Shown here piece by piece: positions 49,145 to 63,447 of a DNA stretch of 64,000 nucleotides. Position 1 is the first letter of the stretch. Each line of letters begins with the position of its first letter. Made by a program: the position numbers and the translations under genes. The DNA comes from Octopus vulgaris (taxonomy: Eukaryota). The stretch covers positions 5,332,001 through 5,396,000 of the forward strand of contig OX597834.1 in the NCBI GenBank assembly GCA_951406725.2, given 5' to 3'. The notes under the pieces are model-generated. The model ran no database searches and was not told the origin of the DNA. It saw nothing but the letters and a program-made list of their open reading frames with translations.

Positions 49145-49590
49145 GTATTGTATTGAATCAAAAATTTTGCAATATTTTGGTAACTTAACTACTTTATTCG
49201 TCGAGTTACAACACAAGCAGCCTTGCACTCGGAGTAGAGAGCATCGTGTTGCACCTTCTGAAGCCACCTTCCTGGCAGTTCTTTGATTCCAAGCTGCTTC
49301 CACTTCTTGTCCTTCGAAGCGAAGAACTCCTTTTTACTTGTTCCGATTCATGGCTCACTGAGCTCGTGACGCTTCATCAACCAAGAGGACACGGAAACTT
49401 CAGTGAAGAAGTTCTTCGAAAGACTTAAATTGGTATCTGCCTGAGTTCAAAGAACCGCCAGAAAGGTGTATCTAGAAGGTGCTACACGTTGGCCTCTATT
49501 TTGAATGGTTGGCTGCCTTTGTTGTTACTTGACGAACAAAGCAAATAAGTTAACCAAATGTCGCAAATTTTTTGACTCACGCACAATGTA
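49145..49590 (-). mobile_element. Mariner-derived deletion element (MITE-like)
   Basis: TIRs tgaatcaaaaattttgcaatattttggtaactt / aagttaaccaaatgtcgcaaattttttgactca; minus-strand EFFASKDKKWKQLGIKELPGRWLQ resembles a mariner C-terminus. Confidence 0.7.
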
Positions 49591-49598
49591 TCATATAT

Positions 49599-50758
49599 AG
49601 GCGCAGGAGTGGCTGTGTGGTAAGTAACTTGCTAACCAACCACATGGTTCCGGGTTCAGTTCCACTGCGTGGCATCTTGGGGCAAGTGTCTTCTACTATA
49701 GCCTCAGGCCGACCAATGCCTTGTTAGTGGATTTGGTAGACGGAAGCTGAAAGAAGCCTGTCGTATACATGTATATATATATATAAGTGTGTGTGTATAT
49801 GTTTGTGTGTCTGTGTTTGTCTTCCTAGCATTGCTTGACAACCGATGCTGGTGTGTTTACGTCTCCGGCGAATAAGCCCAGGGACGATTTGCTCGACTAA
49901 AGGCGGTGCTCCAGCATCGCCGCAGTCAAATGACTGAAACAAGTAAAGAGTAAAGAGTGAATCAATATTTTGCCATAATGGCCATTGCTTCCAGTACTCA
50001 TTATAGGTTCTTTACTGATAGGTTTATTCAATTGCCCGGATTGATAATCCTTCACTAATTGTGGCCGTAGGGTAAGAAGCTTGCTCCGGGTTCAGTCCCA
50101 TTGCGTGACACCTTGGGCAAATGCCTTCTACTATAGCCTGGGGCCGACCAAAGTCTTGCGACTAGATTTGGTAGTTGGAAATTGAAAGAAGCCTGACGTG
50201 TATGTATATATGTATATATATTTATGTGTGTGTGTCTTTGTGTCTGTGTTTGTCCCCCCCCCCCAATCACTTGAAAATCGATGTTGGTGTGTTTATGTCC
50301 TTTAGAGGTTCGGCAAAAGAGACCGATAAAATAAGTACTAGGCTTATAAAGAATAAGTCTTGGGGGGAATTCTTTCGACTAAAGGCGGTGCTCAAGCATG
50401 GCCACAGTAAAATAGCTGGAACATGTAAAAGTGAAAAAAATGTATACTATTTATATATAAGGAATATATCACAAGGAAGAAAATGCTAAAATAATTTTAT
50501 CATGAAAACATTTTAGTACCGGTTTCATCCTTTGCGACTTTTTCATGAAAAACAATTAAATTGTGGGAAAATTAAATAAAATATTTTGGTTTCGATTGTT
50601 TAAGCAGCAGTATTAGCCGAGGACTTTCTGTCAACTAAGAGCACTTACAAGGCTTTGGTCGGCCCCAGTTTATTGTGCCCAAGGTACAAAGCAGTGGGAC
50701 TGAACCCAGAACGGTGTTGTTGGGAAGCAAGCTTCTTACCACAGAGTCACGCCTGCGC
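49599..50758. mobile_element. Cluster of three SINE A copies (49599-49958 +, 50060-50435 +, 50630-50758 -) around a second HH-D element (50470-50590)
   Basis: Similarity to 2798-3218 and 28385-28520. Confidence 0.8.
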
Positions 50759-51843
50759 CGCCGAATACTTATTTTCAAATTTCTTCATGGTGTTAAACAA
50801 ACGAAATAAAAAAAAAATTTCACCATAGCTTGTCCAGTTCAAGCTTCCAATATGAATAGTAGAACATTATCAGGTCCTTTTGCTCTAATGGTCATCGCGT
50901 TTTTCCTGTATACAATACATAAGTGATTCTATTCCTTTTGTCGAGTCTGTTCTCATTTTCTGTCGGGAAGGATAATCGTATCCGATGTATAAGACACTAT
51001 TGTCTATACCTCTCACATGACCGCCATATTATAACACAATATTAATAATAATAATAATAATAATGATAGTGAATAAATATTGAATATCTATACTAGATAT
51101 TGAGTTCTTTATTGGTTAAGCGGTTTATTTTTGTTTTATTTTTGGACAATAACACATCTATAATGTTGTATATGAGTTTGTTTCGTTTGTATAATTTTAT
51201 AAACAAATGCTCGCACACGGTATTGTATATGAACACAGTTTCATTCAACCGAACATAAAGCATTTAAGTAAGATGATATGAAACCGTTCCCATGCCAATT
51301 GTTCTGTCGATAACGCTGGGACATTCGCAGCTGTTTTCAATGCGTTGCATCGTCAAATATTCATTATATAAACACAGAGTTGCAAACCTGTATAGGATCA
51401 CCCGCACACGTAGAAGCGTGCACGGGTGTGTACACATTTACGGGTGTTTACACATAAGCTGAGATGTGGACGGGAACGGAAGATGCACAAGCATGCACAA
51501 TGGAACACACATTAGCATTGCAACATGAAATACGCACACATATGTATATACTTACGAAAGGACAGAAATCACACGCACACATGCACAGCCTGAAGCACAC
51601 ATACTGTCATACATAAACACAGACATGTTAATGTTCATTGAAACGCCAAGATACACACACACACACACACATACACACACACACACACAAGGACAAACAT
51701 ACACATATATACATGCTCACAGAACTATACTGTCTTATATGCACATACGTACTCTTTTAGATTCAGAGTGAAAATCGAAGAGTGAAGCATACATAAGTAT
51801 CCTGAAGGACGCACATTTGCATATATATATATATATATGTATG

Positions 51844-51906
<63 letters not shown>

Positions 51907-52213
51907 TTACGCATTCGCATGTTAACACATGCACAATCAAAGATACATACATTTACACATACACATCTGAAGACGTGCACAATCAACACGATTGCACACA
52001 GATATGTGCATATAATGCTGAACACAAAAATATATTCACATAAAATCATAGATAGATAAATGCAAAGAAAGGAATATTTTCACCTATATATTCTTAAATA
52101 TCATTTCTAGAAGAAATACAAAAGGCCTGCAGTGTATATTATTATTAAGAGGTGAAGTGTAAACATATACACTATATAAGTGTAAACATTCATACACATA
52201 TATAGACATATAC

Positions 52214-52259
<46 letters not shown>

Positions 52260-52263
52260 GCAC

Positions 52264-52308
<45 letters not shown>

Positions 52309-52451
52309 TATATATATACATATAAATAAATATATACACACATACAAATGTTTATATATATATATATATATACATATAAATACATATATATATATATATA
52401 CATATACAAATGTTTATATAAATAAATATATATATATATACATATACAAAT

Positions 52452-52494
<43 letters not shown>

Positions 52495-53195
52495 AGTTTG
52501 CGTATATGTGTGTGTAGTGCAAATAAAGCCTATACATCTTCGCTCGCAGATGGATACAAAGTAAGAAACATTCATATGTTTAATTAGATTTTCTTGCATT
52601 AGTAATAAAATAAGTTTAAGGATTTTTATGATGGAAAATATTGACAGGATTCTTTGCAGATGCCCGTACGTGTGAAGATGTATTTACGCAATCATATATA
52701 ATACATACATGCATGCAGACATATATGTAAGGGTAGAAAGAGAGAAGGAAAAGGAGTGAGGGAGACAGATGAATGGCAATTTTCACTCCAGTTCTTGCCT
52801 AACAGATATATGAAAGTCATTTATTGTAAGATGGATCATTGAATTTATTAGTCAGGTATTTCTGAAGATATAACTTTCGCGTATGTTGCATGACATTCAT
52901 ACATATGTATAGGGGTTAGTAGTATAAGCATGTGAGTGGGTGTGCAGCTACGCATATACATAAATAAATACGTACGTACATACATACACACATACTCACA
53001 TATATATATATATATACATACATGCACACATATGTATATATGTGTATGTGAATACTACCTTCTGTGTTTGAATGTATATCGCTAAAAATATCAACTTCTT
53101 TATGGATAATTATATTTGAAAGAATTTTAGCATAATATATATCTATGCTGACATTATGATACATCCAGGCACGCACACACACAGGCGCACACAAG

Positions 53196-53227
<32 letters not shown>

Positions 53228-53290
53228 CACATACACACACTCACATATTCTCTCTTTCTGTCTTTCTCTCCGTCTCCTGTTATCTCTTTG

Positions 53291-53346
<56 letters not shown>

Positions 53347-54489
53347 GAGGCCGAGGAAGGGCGAATGGCACCGCGAGTGTCGCGTTGCTCTCAAGCAACT
53401 CTGCCGTCCTGGGTCGACTTTGAGTGACTTCATCACAACCAAAGCATTCTATAGGGGATTAGTGGAGGGGAGGTACGACGACGAGCTTGGGGCGAACCTG
53501 GACGTCGACGAGGAATACCTGACCCTCCTGTTCGGGACGACTTTCGGGCCAGGGCCCATGGACAACTTCCAGAGATCCCTGGCCTGGCAGTGCTACCGAG
53601 AAGCGCTACCCGTTCGGGATAAGCTCTACAGACACGGCCCGAGAAACACGGAGCCGACCTGCCCGAGATGCGGTCAGAGCGACGAAACCGTTCTGCACGC
53701 ACTCGTGCAGTGTCCAACAATTTCCGACCTGTGGGCTTATGTCGAACAACTGCTGTCACGTGTGGGACGAGTCGGTTTATCAGCTGACTCTATCGTCAAT
53801 ATTGTCACGCCTCCTTCCTTCAAACGGGAAGGAAGAGCTATTTTCATCATCCTCGTGGCTATGGCGAAAGAATGTATCTGGTGGACGCGTCTGAAAGGAT
53901 TGGAGAGAAACACTTTCCTCTCTGGTCAATCTCTCATCAACTTCTTCAAGTACCACTTGAAGAGGAAAGTGAGAGTAGAGAGGCAAGTTTTGTCTAGCGA
54001 ACGTTTTAAAAAAAGATGGGTGAATGTAGCAAGGATGGCACGTATGAATGACGAAGCCACCTTGAGCATAATCCTATGAACCCAGAAATTGAAAACAGAG
54101 GGTTACCCACTTGCAAACAAATGTGGTAACATATAACAATATTGACCAAGGTTACCGTGGTCTTTTTCGTAGGCTTTTCTTCCCACGGATAAACCTTACT
54201 TGCTTTCCCCTTTACACCATACATCATGACACTCTGATACACGATCCCTATTGATCGTTTTTTTTCCCTCTTTCCCTTTTTTCCTCTTTTGTCTTCTTTT
54301 TTCATTTTTCTTTTCTTTAGGTCCCTTTCAGTTTTTTTCTTTTCCTTTTTTTAATTTTTTTAATTCTTTTTTTCCCTTTTACGATCCCTTTTGATCGAAA
54401 ACCTACGCCATCTTCCCCCCCCCAACAGAAAAGCTCTACCTTGTAACTTGTCCCATCTGTGTGCAGCCCTGTGTGGCCAATAAAGAAAC

Positions 54490-54490
<1 letters not shown>
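53347..54490 (+). mobile_element. 5'-truncated L1/Tx1-like non-LTR retrotransposon inserted in (TATC)n
   Basis: GC-rich, stop-free frame 53348-54079 with zf-RVT-like CPRCGQSDETVLHALVQCP; 3' UTR; AATAAA at 54479; (TATC)n on both sides. Confidence 0.82.
53348..54079 (+). CDS. C-terminal 243 aa of a LINE ORF2 (CCHC zinc-finger region), truncated at the insertion junction
   Basis: LAWQCYREALPVRDKL..TCPRC..ETVLHALVQCP..LW..V..MAKECIWWTR; no internal stops. Confidence 0.75.
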   Translation, partial: RPRKGEWHRECRVALKQLCRPGSTLSDFITTKAFYRGLVEGRYDDELGANLDVDEEYLTLLFGTTFGPGPMDNFQRSLAWQCYREALPVRDKLYRHGPRNTEPTCPRCGQSDETVLHALVQCPTISDLWAYVEQLLSRVGRVGLSADSIVNIVTPPSFKREGRAIFIILVAMAKECIWWTRLKGLERNTFLSGQSLINFFKYHLKRKVRVERQVLSSERFKKRWVNVARMARMNDEATLSIIL

Positions 54491-54579
<89 letters not shown>

Positions 54580-54596
54580 GTCTGTCTATCTCTCTC

Positions 54597-54651
<55 letters not shown>

Positions 54652-55363
54652 GTCTAGCATTATCTCTTTCACTCAATGAATGTGTGTAATGTGTGTGTGT
54701 GTTTATGTATTGTGTGTTTGTGTGTGTGTGTGCGCGAGCGTTTGTTAGTGTGTGTGTTTGTGTACGTGCCTTCTTTCATCTCTTGTTTCAATCATTAGAC
54801 TGCAGTCACTCTGGGATGCCGCTTTCAAGCTAATTTAGTCGAATGAATCGACTCCATTACTTTTTTCTTTCAAAACTTGATACCTTTTCTGTCGATCCTT
54901 TTGCCGATTCCTGAATTTATGGATATTTTTTAATAAAATTTTCTACGAACGTGTGTTCTATCATGTCAGTTTCGAATATACAAATTTTTGGAGGGTGGGG
55001 AACTGTTTTAGGAGGGGTAGGGATTTTCTGCAAATTCACCCGAGTCTACTTCAATTCGTCTTAAATTTCAAGAAAATGAATATTTTTTTTTTAATGAAAT
55101 TCTCTAAATTAGATTCACTTCTTTAAAAAGATTTCTCAATGTCAGCTTCCAGTATCGACGTAAAAACGGTGAAGTCTGTCCCTGTCTAAATTTTAATGTT
55201 TTTATTTCAAGTTTTAATTCACTGTTTGTAAACAATTGCGATAAATTGCTGAAAGACGTATTTACTAAGTTCACAAATTTAAATATTCGGAACAAAACAC
55301 TTTTCAAAATGCTTTTATTTGTACGAGTTTTTCATTCCATGTCAATCTCATTCATTGTTTGCA

Positions 55364-55409
<46 letters not shown>

Positions 55410-55909
55410 AAACACACTCTCCAGGTTGGATTTCTTTATTACACAAATATCACGTAATTTTTCAATTAAACATGTGGCGCCCCCACAAATACGGGCATTA
55501 TTTTGCTGGAACTCACACACTTCGTTTATTTGCATAAAAATTCCTTTATTTTCTTTTTCACGCTGTGCTCAGCTCTACGTGTTTATAAGTCACACACACA
55601 CACACGTGTTTTTGTACGTACGTTTGCATACATTTATGTATGGTGGGTGGGTGTGAGTGAGTGAAGGCGTGTGTTGTCATGTATTCGTTCATACATAAAT
55701 ACATATGCATACATCCTTCCTGTATGTATGAGTGTGTGTGAGGGAGACGGATGTCTAAGTAGCTCTCTCTCTTTCTCACACACACGCACACATAAATACA
55801 AGAAAGATGTGCACCTATTATTTATGTATATACATATATATGACAACACACACCTTCACTCACACTTTCTCTCTCTCTCTCTCTCTCACACACACACCTC
55901 CATTCCTTC

Positions 55910-56080
55910 TGTGGTTTGATACTCTTTGTATGTATATCTCTTTGTATGTATGTGTGTGTGTGTGTGAGTATGATACTCTTTGTATGTATATGTGTGTGTG
56001 TGAGTATGATACTCTTCATATGTATATGTGTGTGTGTGAGTATGATACTATTTGCATATATATCTGTGTGTGTGTGAGTG
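55910..56080. repeat. About 36-bp minisatellite (tgtgtgtgagtatgatactctttgtatgtata), about 4 units
   Basis: Directly visible. Confidence 0.8.
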
Positions 56081-56094
56081 CGCGGGTCACGTTC

Positions 56095-57549
56095 TACAAC
56101 CATCAGAAAACAAAGCAGAGGAATTTTCTTTCTTGATGCTCCTGGTGACACACGTAAAACATAGGTAACATTACTTCTCTCCAAAGTAAGGCACAAGAAG
56201 AAAAAAAGAAAATTGCAGTTGCTGTACCATTGTCTGGCTTTGCTGCCACCATTCTCACAGGAGGACGAACAGCTAATTCTGTTTTTAAATTACCACTAAA
56301 CCTGGTTACAAGTGACAGTCTAATTTGTAACATAAGCAAAGATTCAGGGTCAGCAGAAGTGTTGTACCAATGCCATCTGATCATTTGGGATGAGTGCACC
56401 GTGTCACATAGAGGTGCAATGGAAGCTCTTGGTGAGATCTTACGGACATCAGAGGTAACAATAAATTTATGGAAGGAGTTACATTAGTTTTATCAGGAGA
56501 CTTCAGACAGACATTACCAGTCATTCTGAGACGAATAAGATCTGATGAAATAAAAGCGTGCATTGAGTCTTCACACCTATTAAATAAAGTACAGAAATTC
56601 TCCTTCAATACTAACGTTCCAGATTCATTACATGGGGACCAATGTGCAGAACAGTTTTCAATCTGGGTCCTCCAATTAGGAAATGAGAAAGTACCACTTG
56701 ATGGGAATGATGATATCAGTTTGGCTCATATTGCTATCACGATGAATTCCCCAGCTCAATTGAAGAACAGGTTATCTCCACATTTAAGTAATAATTGTAA
56801 TTCACATAAATGGTTGTGTTAAAGAGCAATACTTAATCCAAAAAATGAGACAGTAGCAAGAATTAACCATGAATTAATGAATGAGATTCCGACAGCCATT
56901 AAGAAGTACAAATCAGTTGAGTCAGTCCTTGATGAAAATCAAGCTGTCCATTACCCAACAGAGTTCCTTAATTCCCTTGACCCACCTTTAATTCCTCCAC
57001 ATAAACTTTTTCTGAAGGAATGGGTCACAATAATGCTTCTAAGAAATTTAGATCCTCCTAAATTATGCAATGGGACAAAGATTGATTGTGAAGACATTAT
57101 CACCTAATGTGACAGAGGCTACCATCATCACTGGATATGCCTCTGGGGAAGAGTCTTTCATTCCAAGAATTCCAATCAAACCAACAGACATGCTCTTTGA
57201 ATTCAAATCAACACAATTCCCAGTGCGACTTTCCTTTGCAATGTCTATCTATACATCTCAAGGTCAGTCTTTGAAATCTAATGGCTTGATTCTCTCAAGG
57301 TCAACTTTGCCGGTTGCTCCAGGGTAGGTAGTTTGCAAGACTTGTTTGTCTATGCTCCAAAATAGACGACAAAGAATGTTGTTTACCCAGAAGCTCTGAA
57401 ATAATTTCCTTCAAATTATGTGGTAGAATTTATTTCCTTTCATAAAAATGGTAAATTTTGTATTTTCGTTTATTATTATTTTTTTATTGCTATTCTTCCA
57501 ATATGTAAGGAAAGATTTCATTCCCAAGCAACGCCGAGTGCCTCTGCTA

Positions 57550-57550
<1 letters not shown>
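56095..57550 (+). pseudogene. Helitron 3' portion: frameshifted PIF1-family helicase (to 57404) plus 3' hairpin and CTAG end
   Basis: FFLDAPG.T.KT, AATILTGGRTA, IIWDECT, LSGDFRQTLPV, YPTEFLNSL, MLLRNLDPPKLCNGT, QFPVRLSFAM..SQGQSL, VVYPEAL*; cccaagcaacgccgag..gCTAG|T. Confidence 0.92.
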
Positions 57551-57595
<45 letters not shown>

Positions 57596-57849
57596 GCACG
57601 TATGTATGTATGTATGTATCTATGTATGTACGTATGTATGTATGTATGTATGTATATGTATATGGCAACCATAGAACACAAACAACGGATTTACAAAATA
57701 GAACTGTGATGAAATATAGCCTTGGACTCTGCCACAAAAATACGCGGGTTTCTTTAATTTAACTAACATTGTTAGCTTGGTGTACGAACAGAGAACTTAT
57801 AAAGTATTTTAGCCAAATTCATAATCCTTCAGTACTAACTCTCTTTCTG

Positions 57850-57969
<120 letters not shown>

Positions 57970-59934
57970 CAGGGGCAGGTACCAACATAAATTCATTCAG
58001 AGTCAAGGGATCACCAACTAATCGGAATGCACCGAACGCGAGTAACGGAGTTGGCAGAGGCAACAACAAGGAGACTTTTCGCTTAGTATAAAGCTGTGAA
58101 TAAATGTGTGTGCGTGTATATATATATGTGTGCGTGTGTGTGTCTGTGTGTGTAGAAATCGGATGTGAAATAATGGCGGCTGTGGTGATAATGGTGAAAT
58201 GCATGTTGTCAATATGCTACAGTAAGCTTGTATGTGTGCATCTGTGTAAGCTCTGCATAGGTTTCGATACACACGTCAGATTATACAACACATAGCCTGC
58301 AAGAGGTGTGTACTGGCATCTCTTTCTGTATCTGTGTGCAGCAGTATATAAGTGGATACAGCTAAGAATGTATCACTTTACACATTTAACTATGCTCATA
58401 TGTGTGAATATGCGCATATTTATACTTTTCGGTGTTATGAGATGAATCAGAATAAATTGTCCAAAGAGGTTTCGCATAAAACAAGGCTTTGTAATATTTT
58501 CGCGTCTAGAAATAAGTAATAAGGAAGCAGTTCTGAAAGTTGAACGCAGAATTAGAGAACCAGTGTTACAAAGTTTTCAGCGAACATTTGATTGATGATG
58601 CAAGAAAAGATTAAGGGCTGGAGTTTGTGGACAGGGTTATATGAAGTTGGAATATGATCATTTATCACAACTACAAGATGAAATGGTAAAAACGAATGTC
58701 AGACAGGAAGAGGTTTGAGTGTGAAGATTTGTGTTTCTAGGTCTTATGGCAAGATGAAATGATAATCCAGCATTTTATAGTGACAGTATATACGAAAGTT
58801 GTGGAGCATTTTTGAACTATTTGGAAGAAAATAAAATTTCAAAAACGAATATATTCTGTTGCCAAATAAATTATATGTAATGTCTTATAGGTGACTTTTA
58901 GCGATATATATTGCTTTCTCCTACGGGTTAAAGACCTTGGTCTATCTAGGATAGAGAATAATATTGTGAAATGTTTGTATTTTTCTCAAGAAGAGTTGAG
59001 GTGTTCTGGGAAATTATTAGAAAGAGGTTTCAAAACATAGCAATTCTTGCTTGATTTTGATGTTTATCCTTTGGTCAGCTTTTAGCTGATAGATTAATGA
59101 TCAACCGTCCATTCATATTTAACTATCGGTTGTTCAGTTCATCTTTAGTATCCTTCTTTATTTAAGAGAGCAAGGTGTACTTTCAGGAAGGTTTGGCTGC
59201 TATATCAAAGAGGTAGAGCAAAATTGTAGTGGCTCCCTCTCCTTGGCATGAGCAGTACTACGTCTTTATAATATCCCTTTTATATATCAAATATGATTCC
59301 GTCTGAGAAATTCTCTCACTTGTAAATATTTTGCTGAGTAAATTCTAAACAAGTCGCTTTCTTTCTTAAACGTTCTTGTTTCACAAATTGTAAGAAAAGC
59401 AGTTGCGAACTAATCCAGATCTGATAAGGATGGTGTAAAAAAAGGAAGTTATCATGAAGAAATGGTGAAGAAGTCAGACATTCTAAAGATAATGGATGGT
59501 GCTGCGGGCTTAGTATAATGCATGGTTTCCTTTACATAATTTCTACTTTTTTTGTTTAAATTTTTTTATTAAGTTAATTCAGTTACTGACAGCCTTTGAC
59601 GATGGAAGTATAATAAAAAGCGAGCTAAAAGACATTTTTTACAACCCATCGAAAATATGAAATGAGTAAAGCAGAAATTATGTGATTGGTAGTAGATTAA
59701 TTTTTAAAAGTACATCAGCAGACAATCTAGAAAACGACTTGATAAGTAGAAGGAGATATCATAACGACAGGTATGGAAACTTTTAAGCTTAATGAAAGTA
59801 TATCTGTTTTCGGTAGCAAACATTTATTCTGATGTTAACGCGATTTAGTAAAGAGATATATTAAATACATGGAGCATTAAAAATGTTGATTAGAAATAAA
59901 TTTTCAGTGAGGAAAGGACATAAATACGCAAGCA

Positions 59935-60093
59935 TGGATGCAGGTTTAAGATGGCATCTTTGCAACCATTTGTTTTCGGGTTCAGTCCCACTGGGTAGTA
60001 GTACCTAAAGCATACGTCTTCTACTACAGCCCTTGGTTGGTTAATCCCTCCGGGTGAATATGGTACGCCGAAACTATGTAGAAATCCGTTGTG

Positions 60094-60137
<44 letters not shown>

Positions 60138-60693
60138 TCGTTAGCCACTACACACATTTTTTCTCTCCTTGTTTCTCTCCTTGTTTTTTCTGTGTCACTT
60201 TCTGTAGAAGAGCGTAGGCTCGAAACATAAAAGACTTTTTCTATTCCTGAGCGTTATACTAATACATCTGTTTGTTTTGTACACCACCTGTCTTGTCTTC
60301 GTCTTTTGTTTTTTTTGTAAACTCTCGCTATATATATATATATAAGCTTACATCGATTCACCTGTGGTGTTGTTTTGCATTTATAATAAAAATGATATAT
60401 ACCAATTATGAAAATAGTAAAAAAAATATACAGTACATTTCTCTCTCTACTCCGCAGATATTAACCAATCGCAGCGAGTTTTGGAACGTAACACCTGCGA
60501 TAGTCGAGGGATTACTGTGTATGTATATATATATATACTGGAAGGTTTGGAGATGATGTACAGGTATTTTATATTAGAAGAAATGAGGTACTCAGAAAAT
60601 CGGATGGTTTATATTTACAGATATTTATTTGTATATTACATTTTTTATACATCATATAACTTAGACCATGGATTAGCGCTTTCTCCCATTCTA

Positions 60694-60745
<52 letters not shown>

Positions 60746-61082
60746 TATACAAAATAGACCACTGTGTGTGAGTATTCGTTTTTTCACGGGAAAACGGCTG
60801 CGCAAATTGCTTCCATACATGGGATGCGTAAAGAAACTTAGCTATTTCTTGAAATACATAGCAATACCTACATTTATAGCAAAATTTTCTCAATTTTCTC
60901 AAGAGCTCCCAAATAATATTGTGCATCTCCAATTTACTCTTTTGTTCCTTTGACACCCAAAAATCTCCATGTGACCCCTGAGAGTCCACATAGACCCCAG
61001 TTGAGAACCATTGGACTAAACCTTTCAAGATGGTGCTCCAGCATGGACGCCGCTCCGTAACCGAAACAAGTAAAAAGTAAAG
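59935..61082 (+). mobile_element. Old SINE A head (59935-60090) and tail (61020-61082) separated by nested insertions in (TA)n
   Basis: cgggttcagtcccactg..gtcttctactacagcc and ggtgctccagcatgg..gaaacaagtaaaa. Confidence 0.55.
60136..60330 (+). mobile_element. HH-F-related element with a decayed minimal hammerhead (60198-60233)
   Basis: CTTT-CTGTAGA-A-GAGC-gtag-GCTC-GAA-ACAT-A-AAAG; downstream ttcctgagcg..taatac shared with HH-F. Confidence 0.55.
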
Positions 61083-61751
61083 ACATATTAATAATTAATA
61101 TTTTTTGCATTTTCTGGCAAATAAGGGAGACACATCCAAGCATGTTTTAGTTCATTCCGACCTCAATGAAGTTTAACCATCTCCTTAATTGTCAAATTAT
61201 ATATGAACAGATTCATTAAATTCCTTTACAAGAATGTAAATTTTATTGACATGGAAAATAAATTTCTACATGTCATCTCTAATAAGCTATAAAATCTATA
61301 ATTATTGAGAATTGTCAGTGGAAACTGAATGAATAAACGAAGCCGGCTGCACTTTAATCATCAAATCGAGTTGTTTGGATTCTAATTTTTAAAAAGCTTT
61401 CCAACCAAACAGAAGTCTTATAACTTAAATTCTATTTAATCTCCCATAATGGTATCACGACTTTTACTCTATTTTAAGAAAATCTTTAAAATAATTAGGT
61501 TATTTACCATTTTCTTTAAACATAATGACGTACAAAATAGATAAATCTCAAGAAAAAATAACTTTTCATTATCAGAAAGCTTTAAACGTAAAATGTATAA
61601 TCATAAAATTTTAAGCATTTTTTTTTCTTTCTCTGCAAATACAATTTTAAATGATTGCATTTATTCGTTTCTAAAAGTTCTTCATGCTCATAAATATTTC
61701 ACGTCCCTCTCTATTTTTCCCTTTATATATATATATATAGAGAGAGAGAGA

Positions 61752-62131
61752 GGAAGCACTCCGTCGGTTACGACGATGAGGGTTCCGGTTGATCCGAATC
61801 AACGGAACAGCCTGCTCGTGAAATTAACGTGTAAGTGGCTGAGCACTCCACAGACACGTGCACCCTTAACGTAGTTCTCGGGGGATATTCAGCGTGACAC
61901 AGAGAGTGACAAGGCCGGCCCCTTGAAATACAGGTACAACAGAAACAGGAAGTAAGAGTGAGAGAAAGCTGTGGTGAAAGAGTACAGCAGGGATCACCAC
62001 CATCCCCTGCCGGAGCCTCGTGGAGCTTTAGGTGTTTTCGCTCAATAAACACTCACAACGCCCGGTCTGGGAATCGAAACCGCAATCCTATGACCGCGAG
62101 TCCGCTGCCCTAACCACTGGGCCATTGTGGC
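61752..62131 (-). mobile_element. SINE B long-tail (OR1-like)
   Basis: Reverse complement of 22676-23065. Confidence 0.9.
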
Positions 62132-62142
62132 TATATATATAT

Positions 62143-63017
<875 letters not shown>

Positions 63018-63058
63018 TGTGTGTATGTGTGTGTGTTTCTATTCTTTTATATATTCTT

Positions 63059-63410
63059 TTATTTATGCCTTCTATGTTCATCATTTGGTCCTTTTACCAT
63101 GTACTTCACGCTGCCCAGACGTCCAGTTATATTACCTTGTTCCCTGCCCTGTTTTCCGTTTTTATAAATTTTAAAATATACCTCGCCACCTATGTTAAAC
63201 AATTTCGTTCTACTTCCCGAATTTTGTATTTTCCGTTTCCTACTCGGCAACAAATTGTCAAACACAGAATGAAATCTTTCTGGAGAACATCGAGTCCGCG
63301 GGTCACCTACCCGACTCAGTATTTGGATTCGATGTTATTCTGTGCATCTGTAAAAACTTGTCATATTTCTATCTTCAAAGGAATCCCGTCTGGTCTTTCT
63401 TAAGGCTCTC

Positions 63411-63414
<4 letters not shown>
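63059..63414 (-). pseudogene. Ty3/Gypsy integrase C-terminal fragment
   Basis: [68 protein letters not shown]. Confidence 0.7.

Positions 63415-63447
<33 letters not shown>

Noticed and set aside
55910-56080. Regularly spaced repeats suggestive of a CRISPR array
   Set aside because: Spacers are (TG)n variants in a eukaryotic context with no cas genes; it is a minisatellite
58430-58790. Possible second HERO-like LINE relic
   Set aside because: Only faint motif resemblance amid many stops
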